This document shows positions 48,867-59,889 of a DNA stretch of 64,000 nucleotides, in pieces. The stretch comes from an uncultured Pseudomonadota bacterium (GTDB lineage Bacteria; Pseudomonadota; Alphaproteobacteria; Rs-D84): the NCBI GenBank assembly GCA_902798205.1, contig CADBVV010000003.1:2927-66926 (forward strand). Direction: 5' to 3'. Within the stretch, counting starts at the first letter, position 1; each line of letters begins with the position of its first letter. The notes beneath the pieces were generated by a model that was given only the letters and a program-made list of their open reading frames with translations, was not told the DNA's origin and searched no databases. A program made the translations under genes and the position numbers.

Positions 48867-48894
48867 TTGCAAAACGAAAAAAGTTTGATATAAT
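48867..48894 (+). promoter_or_regulatory. sigma70-type promoter for tRNA-Met(CAT)
   Basis: TTGCAA, 16 nt, TATAAT. The tRNA 5' end lies 11 nt after the -10. Confidence 0.55.
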
Positions 48895-48904
48895 GCGACA
48901 CATT

Positions 48905-48979
48905 GGCGGCGTAGCTCAGTGGTAGAGCAGAGGAATCATAATCCTTTGGTCAGGGGTCCGAATCCCTTCGCCGCTACCA
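48905..48979 (+). tRNA. tRNA with CAT anticodon (elongator Met, or Ile2 if lysidine-modified)
   Basis: Acceptor GGCGGCG/CGCCGCT, D-arm GCTC-AGTGGTA-GAGC, anticodon loop ATCATAA, T-arm AGGGG-TCCGAAT-CCCTT (C at position 55), encoded CCA. Confidence 0.85.
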
Positions 48980-48988
48980 AAATAACAA

Positions 48989-49015
48989 ACGACCCTTGTG
49001 GTCGTTTTTTATTTT
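48989..49015 (+). terminator. intrinsic terminator after tRNA-Met
   Basis: ACGACC-CTTGT-GGTCGT followed by TTTTTTATTTT. Confidence 0.75.
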
Positions 49016-49116
49016 GATATCTGGGATTTGGACACCGGCACAGTGGACCTACAACAAATACTTTAGGAAAACTTGCTTATCAGTTTTTACAGTCATAACC
49101 TGCTATGATTTTTATT

Positions 49117-49689
49117 ATGAAAAAATCATATGCGTTTTTATTGTCTTTTATTTCAATACCAGCGTTTGCAGATATACAAATTTTTCCAACACAAAACCCA
49201 TTTATGAACAAATATAACAATCAAATTGAAATATCTGTTGGTCAGGGCTTTGATACAGGATGGATAATTCCTCAACCCGTGCGCCCAGTACCCTTTTATA
49301 TTGGAACCATTACATATTCACAACCAACGACATTCTTTCGTGTATCGGCACGACGTTCAATAAACATTGCCAGTACATTGGGATTGCACGAAAAATACGG
49401 ATGGAAATGGCAAGATTACACTATACCCATAATTTATCTGGGCGAAGATATTTCGTTATTAAAATTATCACATTTTTATACATTGATTGGCGGTGGAATT
49501 GGGTTACAGTCCCAACAAAATGCACGTATTGGTTCAAAACTTTTATTCCAATTAAAACTGTCTTTTGGATATATGTTTAACGAACGATGGGCTGGCGAAT
49601 TTTTTATACAACATTTCTCTAATGCAAACACCGCTGACGAAAACCATTCGTATGCTTTTTATGGTGTTGGTGTCACATATAATTACTAA
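49117..49689 (+). CDS. acyloxyacyl hydrolase / lipid A 3-O-deacylase (PagL)-like outer-membrane protein
   Basis: Signal peptide (MKKSYAFLLSFISIPAFA), beta-barrel-like alternation, C-terminal HFSNA..N..YAFYGVGVTYNY resembling the PagL His-x-Ser-Asn site. Confidence 0.5.
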   Translation: MKKSYAFLLSFISIPAFADIQIFPTQNPFMNKYNNQIEISVGQGFDTGWIIPQPVRPVPFYIGTITYSQPTTFFRVSARRSINIASTLGLHEKYGWKWQDYTIPIIYLGEDISLLKLSHFYTLIGGGIGLQSQQNARIGSKLLFQLKLSFGYMFNERWAGEFFIQHFSNANTADENHSYAFYGVGVTYNY

Positions 49690-49692
49690 TCA

Positions 49693-50358
49693 TTACCATT
49701 CTATTGGTGTTTTACCATTTTGAATCAGGTATTCATTTGCGCGTGAAAAATGATGATTTCCAAAAAAACCACGATATGCAGAAAGCGGTGAAGGATGTGC
49801 ACTGGTTAACACCAAATTTTCATCTTTGTTAACAATTTCTGCCTTTTTTTGTGCGAAAGATCCCCAGAGCATATAAACAATATGTTTATTATTTTGTGCC
49901 AATGCTTTGATAACAGCGTCTGTAAATGTTTCCCAACCTTTGCCAGAATGTGATGCGGCCTGATGTGCCAAAACAGTTAATGTTGAATTAAGCAATAATA
50001 CGCCCTGCTTTGCCCATGATGACAAATCACCATTTGTTATGCTTTTATGTCCCAAATCAGATTCAATTTCTTTATAAATATTCACCAAAGATGGTGGCAA
50101 ATCAATACCGTTTTCCACAGAAAAGCAAAGACCATGTGCCTGACCAGGTTCATGATACGGGTCTTGGCCAATAATAACAACCTTTACATTTGAAAGTGGA
50201 CATAAATTAAATGCATTAAAAATGTTTTTTGCCGCAGGATATACTGTTTTTCCGGACAAATATTCGCTACGCACAAAATCAGTCAGTTTTTTGAAATAAT
50301 CTTTTTCAAATTCATCTGACAATAAATCTTTCCAAGATTGTTCAATTTTAACATCCAT
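49693..50358 (-). CDS. ung: uracil-DNA glycosylase
   Basis: VIIGQDPYHEPGQAHGLCFSV and HPSPLSA motifs. Start set at MDVKIEQSW (50358). Confidence 0.9.
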   Translation of the reverse strand: MDVKIEQSWKDLLSDEFEKDYFKKLTDFVRSEYLSGKTVYPAAKNIFNAFNLCPLSNVKVVIIGQDPYHEPGQAHGLCFSVENGIDLPPSLVNIYKEIESDLGHKSITNGDLSSWAKQGVLLLNSTLTVLAHQAASHSGKGWETFTDAVIKALAQNNKHIVYMLWGSFAQKKAEIVNKDENLVLTSAHPSPLSAYRGFFGNHHFSRANEYLIQNGKTPIEW

Positions 50359-50360
50359 AA

Positions 50361-51008
50361 CTAAACCTCTATCAAATGATTTTGAAGTGCCTTCCAAAGT
50401 ACAACATCTATATACCCAATTGGTAAACCTGTTTCTTTATGCAAATGTTCAAACATATCATCGCAACATTTTTTTATATCCGTATCCAATTTTCCATTAT
50501 CTATTTTTTTATATAACGCAGTATTTCCGCCATATACAACCCCAAGACGTTGTATCCAAATATCATATTTAACAACATTTTCACCCAGATTCCTTGCCAG
50601 ATGATTTGCCGTAATTTTTCCAATATGTGGTAATTTTTGAAGATAATTTAATCTTTCATCCAATGTTGAACATTTATAAAAACCATCACAATAACTTTCG
50701 CGATTATCCCATATTTTTACAATGGCGTTTATCTTGTTTTTATTATTAAAAATTGGCAACAAATCACCGGTATTTGCCGGCATTTTTTCCATAATTATTT
50801 TATGAATTTTTTTGGCTGTTTTTTGTGAAAAACCGCCGGCCAAAATCACATAAGACACAATACTGGCAAATTCATCAGGTGAAAAACGTGGTTTGTTTGA
50901 TAATATTTCTTTGATTTCATCAAAAGATTTATCATCACTGTCCAAGCCCATTTCACGCAATTGCGCATCCAGATTTTCAAACCAAGATTTTGAAAACATT
51001 TTATTCAT
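50361..51008 (-). CDS. HhH-GPD superfamily DNA glycosylase-like protein (no Fe-S cluster motif)
   Basis: The helix-hairpin-helix LQKLPHIGKITANHLARNLG is followed by VKYDIWIQRLG, equivalent to LPGVGRKTA...VDTHIFRV of EndoIII/MagIII. 215 aa. Confidence 0.5.
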   Translation of the reverse strand: MNKMFSKSWFENLDAQLREMGLDSDDKSFDEIKEILSNKPRFSPDEFASIVSYVILAGGFSQKTAKKIHKIIMEKMPANTGDLLPIFNNKNKINAIVKIWDNRESYCDGFYKCSTLDERLNYLQKLPHIGKITANHLARNLGENVVKYDIWIQRLGVVYGGNTALYKKIDNGKLDTDIKKCCDDMFEHLHKETGLPIGYIDVVLWKALQNHLIEV

Positions 51009-51213
51009 TTGTCTTTTTAAACTGTGTCATTGCAGTAAATGTTGCAATTTTATCATCGGAGGTATCAGAAGTGATTAATTCTTGTCTTATTTTTGTCTTT
51101 GCCTTATCCAACTTGGCAATATAATCATTTATTTTTTGGGCGTTTTTTCCATAGTCCGACACCGGATATTTTATATTTATACCATCATGATTTTTTACAA
51201 AATCGTCCGGCAT
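51001..51213 (-). CDS. hypothetical small protein (70 aa)
   Basis: Starts 21 nt after the gyrB stop and overlaps the next ORF by 8 nt. No motif recognised. Confidence 0.35.
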   Translation of the reverse strand: MPDDFVKNHDGINIKYPVSDYGKNAQKINDYIAKLDKAKTKIRQELITSDTSDDKIATFTAMTQFKKTNE

Positions 51214-51234
51214 CAGACCCCTTTTGTTTACATT

Positions 51235-53634
<2,400 letters not shown>

Positions 53635-53721
53635 TTAAAAATCCTTTCTTTTTGCTATGTAAAACATAGCAATTTATGATATAATTATCAAGGAAAAAGG
53701 TATAAAAAACAGGAAAAAATA

Positions 53722-54048
53722 ATGCCAACAGAATCAGTAAAAGAAGCAATCTTTGCAACAAAACAAGAACGAAAAAACTTGTTAAATGTCGGGGGGCCAG
53801 GCGCACCAGTAAAAACATTTAAAAAGTCCGATTTCTTGGACCCGGACCAATTTGCAAAAAAATTCGGTATAAACAAAGAATTAGTCGTAAAAACAATGAA
53901 AAAATTGGCCATGCAAAACGCAAAATTTATCATAAACGGGCACTTTTCTAATATAGTAGTAAGAACACCAGACGATAAATTGCTGGCACACCCAATGGCC
54001 CTTGATGAAATAAATAAACGCATAGAAAACCAAAAGGTAAGATCATGA
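53722..54048 (+). CDS. hypothetical small protein (108 aa), possible winged-HTH
   Basis: FAKKFGINKELVVKTMKKLAMQN resembles an HTH. The stop overlaps the next start (ATGA). Confidence 0.4.
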   Translation: MPTESVKEAIFATKQERKNLLNVGGPGAPVKTFKKSDFLDPDQFAKKFGINKELVVKTMKKLAMQNAKFIINGHFSNIVVRTPDDKLLAHPMALDEINKRIENQKVRS

Positions 54049-54614
54049 AATTTAAATTGATGTATTATGGCGATATTTTAACAAACCCAAAGAAACGTGC
54101 ACAACATATCGCAGACATCCGTATGCAATTTCACCCACAATTAAAAAAACTGGTAACTTTTCAACCATGGAATAACCTGACTAAATTTATGATGCCAGAC
54201 GCATCAAAAAGCCCGATTATTACACGCCATATTGGTGGTATTGATTGGAATCCAATTATAACACCAAATTTAAAAATGATTGCAGAATTGGATATATTGT
54301 TAATGCATCCTGAAATTGTTGGGGTTCCACATTCAGATATAGACAACCGTGTTAAAACAATATTGGATGGCCTGCGTTGTCCACAAAACGAACACGAAAT
54401 TGGTCAAAACACACCACGTGATGCTGGTCCAATTTACACATTGCTTGATGACGATCATTTGGTCACAAAATTAACAGTTAACACCAGCCACTTGTTATCA
54501 CCAGATTTATTCCCGGGTGATAAAGAAAAAACACCTGATGCAGTATTTATGTTAATTGACGTTAATGTAAGGGTGACCGAAGGAACAATCGAAAATCTGC
54601 CGTTTATGGCATAA
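54045..54614 (+). CDS. RusA-like endonuclease-fold protein (189 aa)
   Basis: SDIDNRVKTILDGL matches the RusA D-x-D-N-x-x-K-x-x-x-D-x-L core, and LLDDDHLV matches RusA WLDDAQVV. It is larger than canonical RusA, with an insertion between the motifs. Confidence 0.5.
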   Translation: MKFKLMYYGDILTNPKKRAQHIADIRMQFHPQLKKLVTFQPWNNLTKFMMPDASKSPIITRHIGGIDWNPIITPNLKMIAELDILLMHPEIVGVPHSDIDNRVKTILDGLRCPQNEHEIGQNTPRDAGPIYTLLDDDHLVTKLTVNTSHLLSPDLFPGDKEKTPDAVFMLIDVNVRVTEGTIENLPFMA

Positions 54615-54624
54615 ATAAAAACGA

Positions 54625-54660
54625 ATAAAAAAACACCGGCAAATGCCGGTATTTTTTTAC
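54625..54660. terminator. bidirectional intrinsic terminator (ACCGGCAAATGCCGGT)
   Basis: Hairpin 54635-54650 flanked by A7/T7 between the convergent RusA-like gene and the pilus platform gene. Confidence 0.8.
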
Positions 54661-55727
54661 ATAAAGACCGATGTAATTTGTTCCTGCATCTGGAAGGTAC
54701 CCAAAACAACCCAACCTATGATTACAGAAACCAAAATAATACCAACACTGTTCAAAACACTTGATATATTTTCCATTTTACGAACAGATTCTTCCATATA
54801 ATCACGTGCGATTTTATCAAGGTTCTTGTCAAAATCGTTCATATCAGAATAAATCATTAAATCGCCAATAATTTCTTCACTTGGAAATTTTTTATTCGTT
54901 AAAGCCAGCGCATCACCCAAATTTTCACCGTTGGCAATATTATGTAATGCTTCGTTTAAAATACTGGATAAATATTTATTCGAAGAATCTGCCAATAAAC
55001 GCATCGCATCAGGCACAGAAACACCCGCAGACACCATTGCGGCCAAAGACATCAACCAACTGACCGAAACCTGTAATTTATATGTGTTATATGGTGGTAT
55101 TTTATCAAAAAATGTTCTTAATTTGCCTGTCCATGTTGGTAATGACGCCCATACAAAACTGACCAAGCAAAAAAACACTATCGCAAACACAGACCAATAT
55201 TTATTTGCAAATTCAGAAACATAAACCAATGATGCCGCTGTTCCACGCCAAACAATTTCACTGCCTGCGGCTTCTACAAGTGGTGGGACCAAATACACAC
55301 CAACCATCACTATTATTCCAATTGTTAAAAAGAACAGGAATAACGGATACGCTATTGCAGACCACATTGCACGCTTTATTCGATTTATACCTTCGACAAC
55401 ACGTCCAACATTTTCCAAAGATATTAACAAACTGCTTACATTACCAGATGTCAACAAAAGTGTTTCTTCACTTGGCACCCAACCATGCGTTGCCTGGGCA
55501 AAAGTCATACCACGTTCAAGATTCTTTTGAATTTCACGCATGGCTATCGCAAAAGGTTCATTTGGTTTTTGCCCATCATGCGATTCAATCATTTCTATTC
55601 TGTGTAATGCGTCCATCAATGTAAAATTATTACGCAACAAAGATGCGATTTTACGGGTAATCGCCATACGTTTTTCTGTATCAGTTTTAAAAACAAATTT
55701 TGCATAAAGCAATTCTAATTTATTCAT
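54657..55727 (-). CDS. GspF/PilC-family inner-membrane platform protein (R64 PilR-like)
   Basis: 356 aa with three TM segments and duplicated T2SSF-like helical regions. Directly downstream of a GspE-family ATPase. Confidence 0.75.
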   Translation of the reverse strand: MNKLELLYAKFVFKTDTEKRMAITRKIASLLRNNFTLMDALHRIEMIESHDGQKPNEPFAIAMREIQKNLERGMTFAQATHGWVPSEETLLLTSGNVSSLLISLENVGRVVEGINRIKRAMWSAIAYPLFLFFLTIGIIVMVGVYLVPPLVEAAGSEIVWRGTAASLVYVSEFANKYWSVFAIVFFCLVSFVWASLPTWTGKLRTFFDKIPPYNTYKLQVSVSWLMSLAAMVSAGVSVPDAMRLLADSSNKYLSSILNEALHNIANGENLGDALALTNKKFPSEEIIGDLMIYSDMNDFDKNLDKIARDYMEESVRKMENISSVLNSVGIILVSVIIGWVVLGTFQMQEQITSVFM

Positions 55728-55731
55728 AATC

Positions 55732-57351
55732 TTAATACACCCATGGTCTGTCTAATAAACCAACCCAGCGTTCCAATTCATCAACACCGATAATACCGCG
55801 TAACATTAATTCAACAGCCGCTTCTTTCAATGTGCGCCCGTTCATTTTTTCCAACCAATATCTGGTTGCGCCTTCTGTATCACCAGAAAGGGCCAGATTT
55901 AAAAATTCACTGTTTGTCATGATGATTTCACCAGCCTTTACACGACCAATTGTTCCAGACCCATTACAATGTTCACATCCGGCACCACGGATAAATGTCT
56001 GATTTAATCCCAAATCACCAAATGTTTCTTTGACACGATTGTATGCATTGTGATCATGATGTTCACTTAATCTTTCACGACAATATGGGCAAAGTTTTTT
56101 AAACAAACGCATAGATACCAAACCACGCATCATTGTTTCGTCTTTTAATTTGAAAGATTCAACCCCCATATCCAATAAACGTGTTAATGCACCCATCGCA
56201 GAATTCGCATGTAATGTCGTCCACACGTTATGACCAGAAAGTGCACCCTTTACCGTTAATTGTGCCGCAGAAAGCGTTCTTATTTCCCCAACCATCAATG
56301 TATCAGGGTCGCTTCGTAATGCCGCCGCCAATGCTTCTGTAAATTTTTCTTCACGTTGTTCTTCGTTAACAGCATTAACAACAGGTATTTGATGGGCACC
56401 AAAAATCTTTTGTTCCGCAGGATCTTCAACAGTAATAAGATTTATTTCATATCTTCTTTCTTTTAACATCAGTGCCATATTGCGAACCAATGTTGTTGAT
56501 TTACCAGATGAAGTTGGTCCCGCAACAACAACCAAACCAGTTGGTGCAGAACGTAATCTTAATAATAACTTCTGTTCATATTCGTTAAATTCTTGTTCTG
56601 TTTTGATACCTTCGCTTGGGTTATCATAAAGAAGGCGCATAACAACGTATTGCGATCCAAAAGCAATTGGGTTAAATTGCATACGAATACCCAAAATACC
56701 ATTTGGCAAATACAAATCTTTGGTTCCACGCAATGGTGTACGACCATCTTTTTGTGCAGTCTGATATTCGTTTTGCGCATAACTTGAATTAGAAATATCT
56801 GCCGAAGCAAATGCCGCACGGACAAAAGATTCACCCCATTGTGAATTATATTCAAAAACCGGTTGCATACTGCCATCAACACGGAAATATATCGTTGTTT
56901 GATCTGCAACTTCGATATGAATATCAGAAACCTTTTGTGCCGCTGCGCGTGCTATTATATCAACAAAATCTTTCTGCATTTGGTTGTTATAATCTAAACG
57001 CGAATGTATTCCGCCACCCAATCTTTCATCATTTGTCTTGTATATATTTGAAATCAAACCCAAATCAGAATAAAAAGGTTCTTTAACAACTTTGTTTTTC
57101 TGATGCAATAAATCAAGAAAAGCCAAAACGCGTCCATCATATTGATGTGTTCGCGATATTATAATTTCACCACCGGAAAAATACGCAATCAAACTCTGTG
57201 TATCTTTTGGCAAAGCCAATTCTGCCGTATACGCAGTCAACAAACGATTATTATTAGCAAACAAATAATCCAATATTTCTTTGCTGTTTGCATTTTCTAA
57301 CCCATTTGGAATAGATGGTTGATTTGAAAAAATATTATCGTTATTTGACAT
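55732..57351 (-). CDS. GspE/PilB-family secretion ATPase (R64 PilQ-like)
   Basis: Walker A GPTSSGKST, Asp/His boxes, Walker B LMVGEIR and a tetracysteine motif CPYC...CEHC. Confidence 0.85.
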   Translation of the reverse strand: MSNNDNIFSNQPSIPNGLENANSKEILDYLFANNNRLLTAYTAELALPKDTQSLIAYFSGGEIIISRTHQYDGRVLAFLDLLHQKNKVVKEPFYSDLGLISNIYKTNDERLGGGIHSRLDYNNQMQKDFVDIIARAAAQKVSDIHIEVADQTTIYFRVDGSMQPVFEYNSQWGESFVRAAFASADISNSSYAQNEYQTAQKDGRTPLRGTKDLYLPNGILGIRMQFNPIAFGSQYVVMRLLYDNPSEGIKTEQEFNEYEQKLLLRLRSAPTGLVVVAGPTSSGKSTTLVRNMALMLKERRYEINLITVEDPAEQKIFGAHQIPVVNAVNEEQREEKFTEALAAALRSDPDTLMVGEIRTLSAAQLTVKGALSGHNVWTTLHANSAMGALTRLLDMGVESFKLKDETMMRGLVSMRLFKKLCPYCRERLSEHHDHNAYNRVKETFGDLGLNQTFIRGAGCEHCNGSGTIGRVKAGEIIMTNSEFLNLALSGDTEGATRYWLEKMNGRTLKEAAVELMLRGIIGVDELERWVGLLDRPWVY

Positions 57352-57353
57352 AA

Positions 57354-58007
57354 TTACTTTCCAATATTAAGGCTTTCTGTTTCACCATTTTTTTCAAAAA
57401 CAATACCTTCGTTCAAAGAAATAGATTTAACAATATAACCATCTAATTCTTTGCCAACCGCAATACGTCTGTTTTGACCAGTTGAAACTTCTTCAACAGT
57501 TGCCTGTAATTGATTATCAATTCCAACAACGTTTATTAATTTGTATTTTTTATTGATGCTGCTTTCTTCTTTTTTCTCTTGAGCCTTTGCAACAGGTGCA
57601 GGTTCTTCATCAACAGCATTCATTTGACGTTTTAACTTTTCTGTTTGGATTTCAAGTTGTGCCTTGGCTGCTTCCAATTCTTGTTGTTGTTGTTCGGCAC
57701 GACCAGAAAGGGTATCTAATTCAATTTGCAATTTGATTCTTTCTGCATTTAATCTTTCTAAATCTAAATCCAACTGTGCGCGTTCTTTTTCCAATTGCGC
57801 AACAACTTTTTCTTGTTCCAAAACAGTGATTTTTTCAAACAAAGAACCATTTGTATCATAATTAAGCAATGCTTCTGATGAAACACGATCTGCCAATTCT
57901 ACATCAGATTCCATATCTTCTACTATTTCTTCGACACCAAAGGCATAATTATTACCACCCATTGAAATCAAGCCCAGACAGATAAAGAACATTAATTTTT
58001 TAAACAT
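57354..58007 (-). CDS. PilP-like pilus biogenesis protein with long coiled coil
   Basis: Start set at MFKKLMFF (signal peptide). Central Q/E/L-rich coiled coil. C-terminal LINVVGIDNQLQATVEEVSTGQNRRIAVGKELDGYIVKSISLNEGIVFEKNGE resembles the PilP beta-domain. Confidence 0.45.
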   Translation of the reverse strand: MFKKLMFFICLGLISMGGNNYAFGVEEIVEDMESDVELADRVSSEALLNYDTNGSLFEKITVLEQEKVVAQLEKERAQLDLDLERLNAERIKLQIELDTLSGRAEQQQQELEAAKAQLEIQTEKLKRQMNAVDEEPAPVAKAQEKKEESSINKKYKLINVVGIDNQLQATVEEVSTGQNRRIAVGKELDGYIVKSISLNEGIVFEKNGETESLNIGK

Positions 58008-58018
58008 TTTGGTTCCTT

Positions 58019-59269
58019 TTATTTTGTATAAATTATCACTTCGTAATTCCATGTTTTTGTATTTGCACGCCAAGATATCGATGGCATATAAACACCACTA
58101 AAATCTTTGAACGCATACACAAATTCAGTTGGCATTAATTTTGAAGACACAGATATTTCCGTAATATTCAAATTTTCTGTATTGCCATTATTCAAAATCG
58201 TATCAGTCACATTGGTTATGTCTGCACGTGTATTTATTTCTTGGAAAACAGTAGCCACATCACGCGCCACGGTTGTTGAATCACGTTCTTCCAACGAAGT
58301 ATGTGTTTGCAAAAGCGGCAATTTAACACGAACAATTATTTCATTTTCCGATGTTTGTTGAACAATTGCCCCTGGCATTAATTCACCACCGATTTCATAA
58401 AAATCATTCAGTGTTCCGAAATCACGCGAAAATGTTGCAGACACATATTCACTGTCGCATTTTGCAAATGTTTGATTCCAACCTGCAATTGGCTGCATAA
58501 CAAAAGCAATAGCCTTGTAACATAATTGTGCCCTTTCCATAACATCTGGCAATTTATCATATGGATATTCAAAAGATTCTATCGCTGCATCTTCTGCCAG
58601 TTTTTTATCAAGAATCTCTTGTTTTTTTAATTCAATTTGACGTCTGTATTCGTTTGCCAAATCTGTATTTAAATTTGCACCCTTGTTTGATGTGTTTTCC
58701 ACAGGATTACTTAAAATATAAATACCAAATAAAATAAACAAAAATGCAATTAATACAGCCGGTACAATCGCCTTTATAAAGCCAATCGATTTTAATTTTG
58801 CAACACTGTAAAAACCTATTAAATCTGATATAGTTTTTTCTTGTGATTTTGGTATTCCCCAATTAGACGGCGCAATCAAAAGCCCCCAATCTGGCATAAC
58901 AGATAATTTTGTATATAATTTACGCGCAGCATCTTCGGTTTCAATCAGGGTATCTTGAATTATTATTCCGTTTCTTACCGCAACCAAATAAAAATGCCCA
59001 CCGACATTGAATACGGCCAAAAACGAAATAAAATCAGACAACGAATTAACTATCTGGGCCGCGGCACTGCCAATTCCAGAATATGCACCATCACGCGCAG
59101 ACGCCATACCAACCATGGATTTATATTCTGTGAAAAGTGTGTATTTTTTATCTGCATTTTTAGACAGTTTTTTTGCCCAATTTCGTGCAGTATTACCAAC
59201 CCCCAGGGGTTGCCAAAAAAGCCCTGTTGCAAATTTTTTATGGTGAACAGTTATGATTTGTTTTATCAA
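58019..59269 (-). CDS. type IVb pilus accessory protein PilO (PAP_PilO)-like
   Basis: 416 aa, TTG start. N-terminal ..FATGLFWQPL.. and a central TM helix, as in the R64/PAPI-1 PilO family. Position upstream of the PilP/Q/R-like genes. Confidence 0.45.
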   Translation of the reverse strand: MIKQIITVHHKKFATGLFWQPLGVGNTARNWAKKLSKNADKKYTLFTEYKSMVGMASARDGAYSGIGSAAAQIVNSLSDFISFLAVFNVGGHFYLVAVRNGIIIQDTLIETEDAARKLYTKLSVMPDWGLLIAPSNWGIPKSQEKTISDLIGFYSVAKLKSIGFIKAIVPAVLIAFLFILFGIYILSNPVENTSNKGANLNTDLANEYRRQIELKKQEILDKKLAEDAAIESFEYPYDKLPDVMERAQLCYKAIAFVMQPIAGWNQTFAKCDSEYVSATFSRDFGTLNDFYEIGGELMPGAIVQQTSENEIIVRVKLPLLQTHTSLEERDSTTVARDVATVFQEINTRADITNVTDTILNNGNTENLNITEISVSSKLMPTEFVYAFKDFSGVYMPSISWRANTKTWNYEVIIYTK

Positions 59270-59287
59270 TTCTCTCTCTTTATGCGT

Positions 59288-59296
59288 ATTATAGCA
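59288..59296 (-). promoter_or_regulatory. possible extended -10 promoter (TGCTATAAT) for the pilus-like operon
   Basis: The minus strand reads ATGCTATAAT about 20 nt upstream of the TTG start. No clear -35. Confidence 0.3.
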
Positions 59297-59332
59297 TAAA
59301 AAGATAAAAAAAATAAAGTCGAAATTTGCATT

Positions 59333-59360
59333 AAAAAAGTCGCATTTTTGCGACTTTTTA
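59333..59360 (-). terminator. intrinsic terminator after the 104-aa lipoprotein gene
   Basis: AAAAAGTCGC-ATTTTT-GCGACTTTTT hairpin immediately after the stop at 59361. It separates this gene from the pilus-like operon. Confidence 0.7.
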
Positions 59361-59675
59361 TTATTTTTGACAATTATAAACTTTCACTTTGAATTTAAAC
59401 GTGCGTTTTGGTCCAAAAACAGCATCCGGATTTTCAACAGCATCTTGTTTAACTATATAATAAGAATCACCTTGTCTATCTTGTTCCAAAATACTTTTTT
59501 CCATATAATCAATGGCCCCAGACAATTTATATGATGTAGCCGTTGAATCAATAGTATATAAATATTCGCAATTTTTCGGTTCTGCGTCTAATCTGTTTAA
59601 ACCATTTCCCGCATCAGTCGCCTGGGCACACGCAGATAACACAACCAAAGATAACAAAGATATAATTTTTTTCAT
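59361..59675 (-). CDS. small lipoprotein (104 aa)
   Basis: Signal peptide with lipobox LSAC. Confidence 0.5.
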   Translation of the reverse strand: MKKIISLLSLVVLSACAQATDAGNGLNRLDAEPKNCEYLYTIDSTATSYKLSGAIDYMEKSILEQDRQGDSYYIVKQDAVENPDAVFGPKRTFKFKVKVYNCQK

Positions 59676-59879
59676 TTATTTTTTCCTTTTTTTTGTTTCT
59701 TTTAATTTATTTTCTATGATTACACATGATGCACCAAGACCCAAAAACATTATTTCAATTAAAAACACATAAAAAGTTCCCAACATATTATTTTCTATAA
59801 AATAATCTGTTATTTCAAAAGCAATAACCAATAAAATAGTCCATCCGAACGAAATTAAAAATTTTTGCCAACCTTTCAT
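59676..59879 (-). CDS. small two-TM membrane protein (67 aa)
   Basis: Two hydrophobic segments and a basic C-terminus. Abuts the lipoprotein gene. Confidence 0.35.
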   Translation of the reverse strand: MKGWQKFLISFGWTILLVIAFEITDYFIENNMLGTFYVFLIEIMFLGLGASCVIIENKLKETKKRKK

Positions 59880-59889
59880 TTATTTCCCC

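Noticed and set aside
53722-59879. Calling the RusA-like pair plus pilus-like genes an integrative conjugative element or genomic island
   Set aside because: No integrase, relaxase, coupling protein, flanking direct repeats or adjacent tRNA are visible. The region is bounded by gyrB and lpxC. Only the individual modules are reported.
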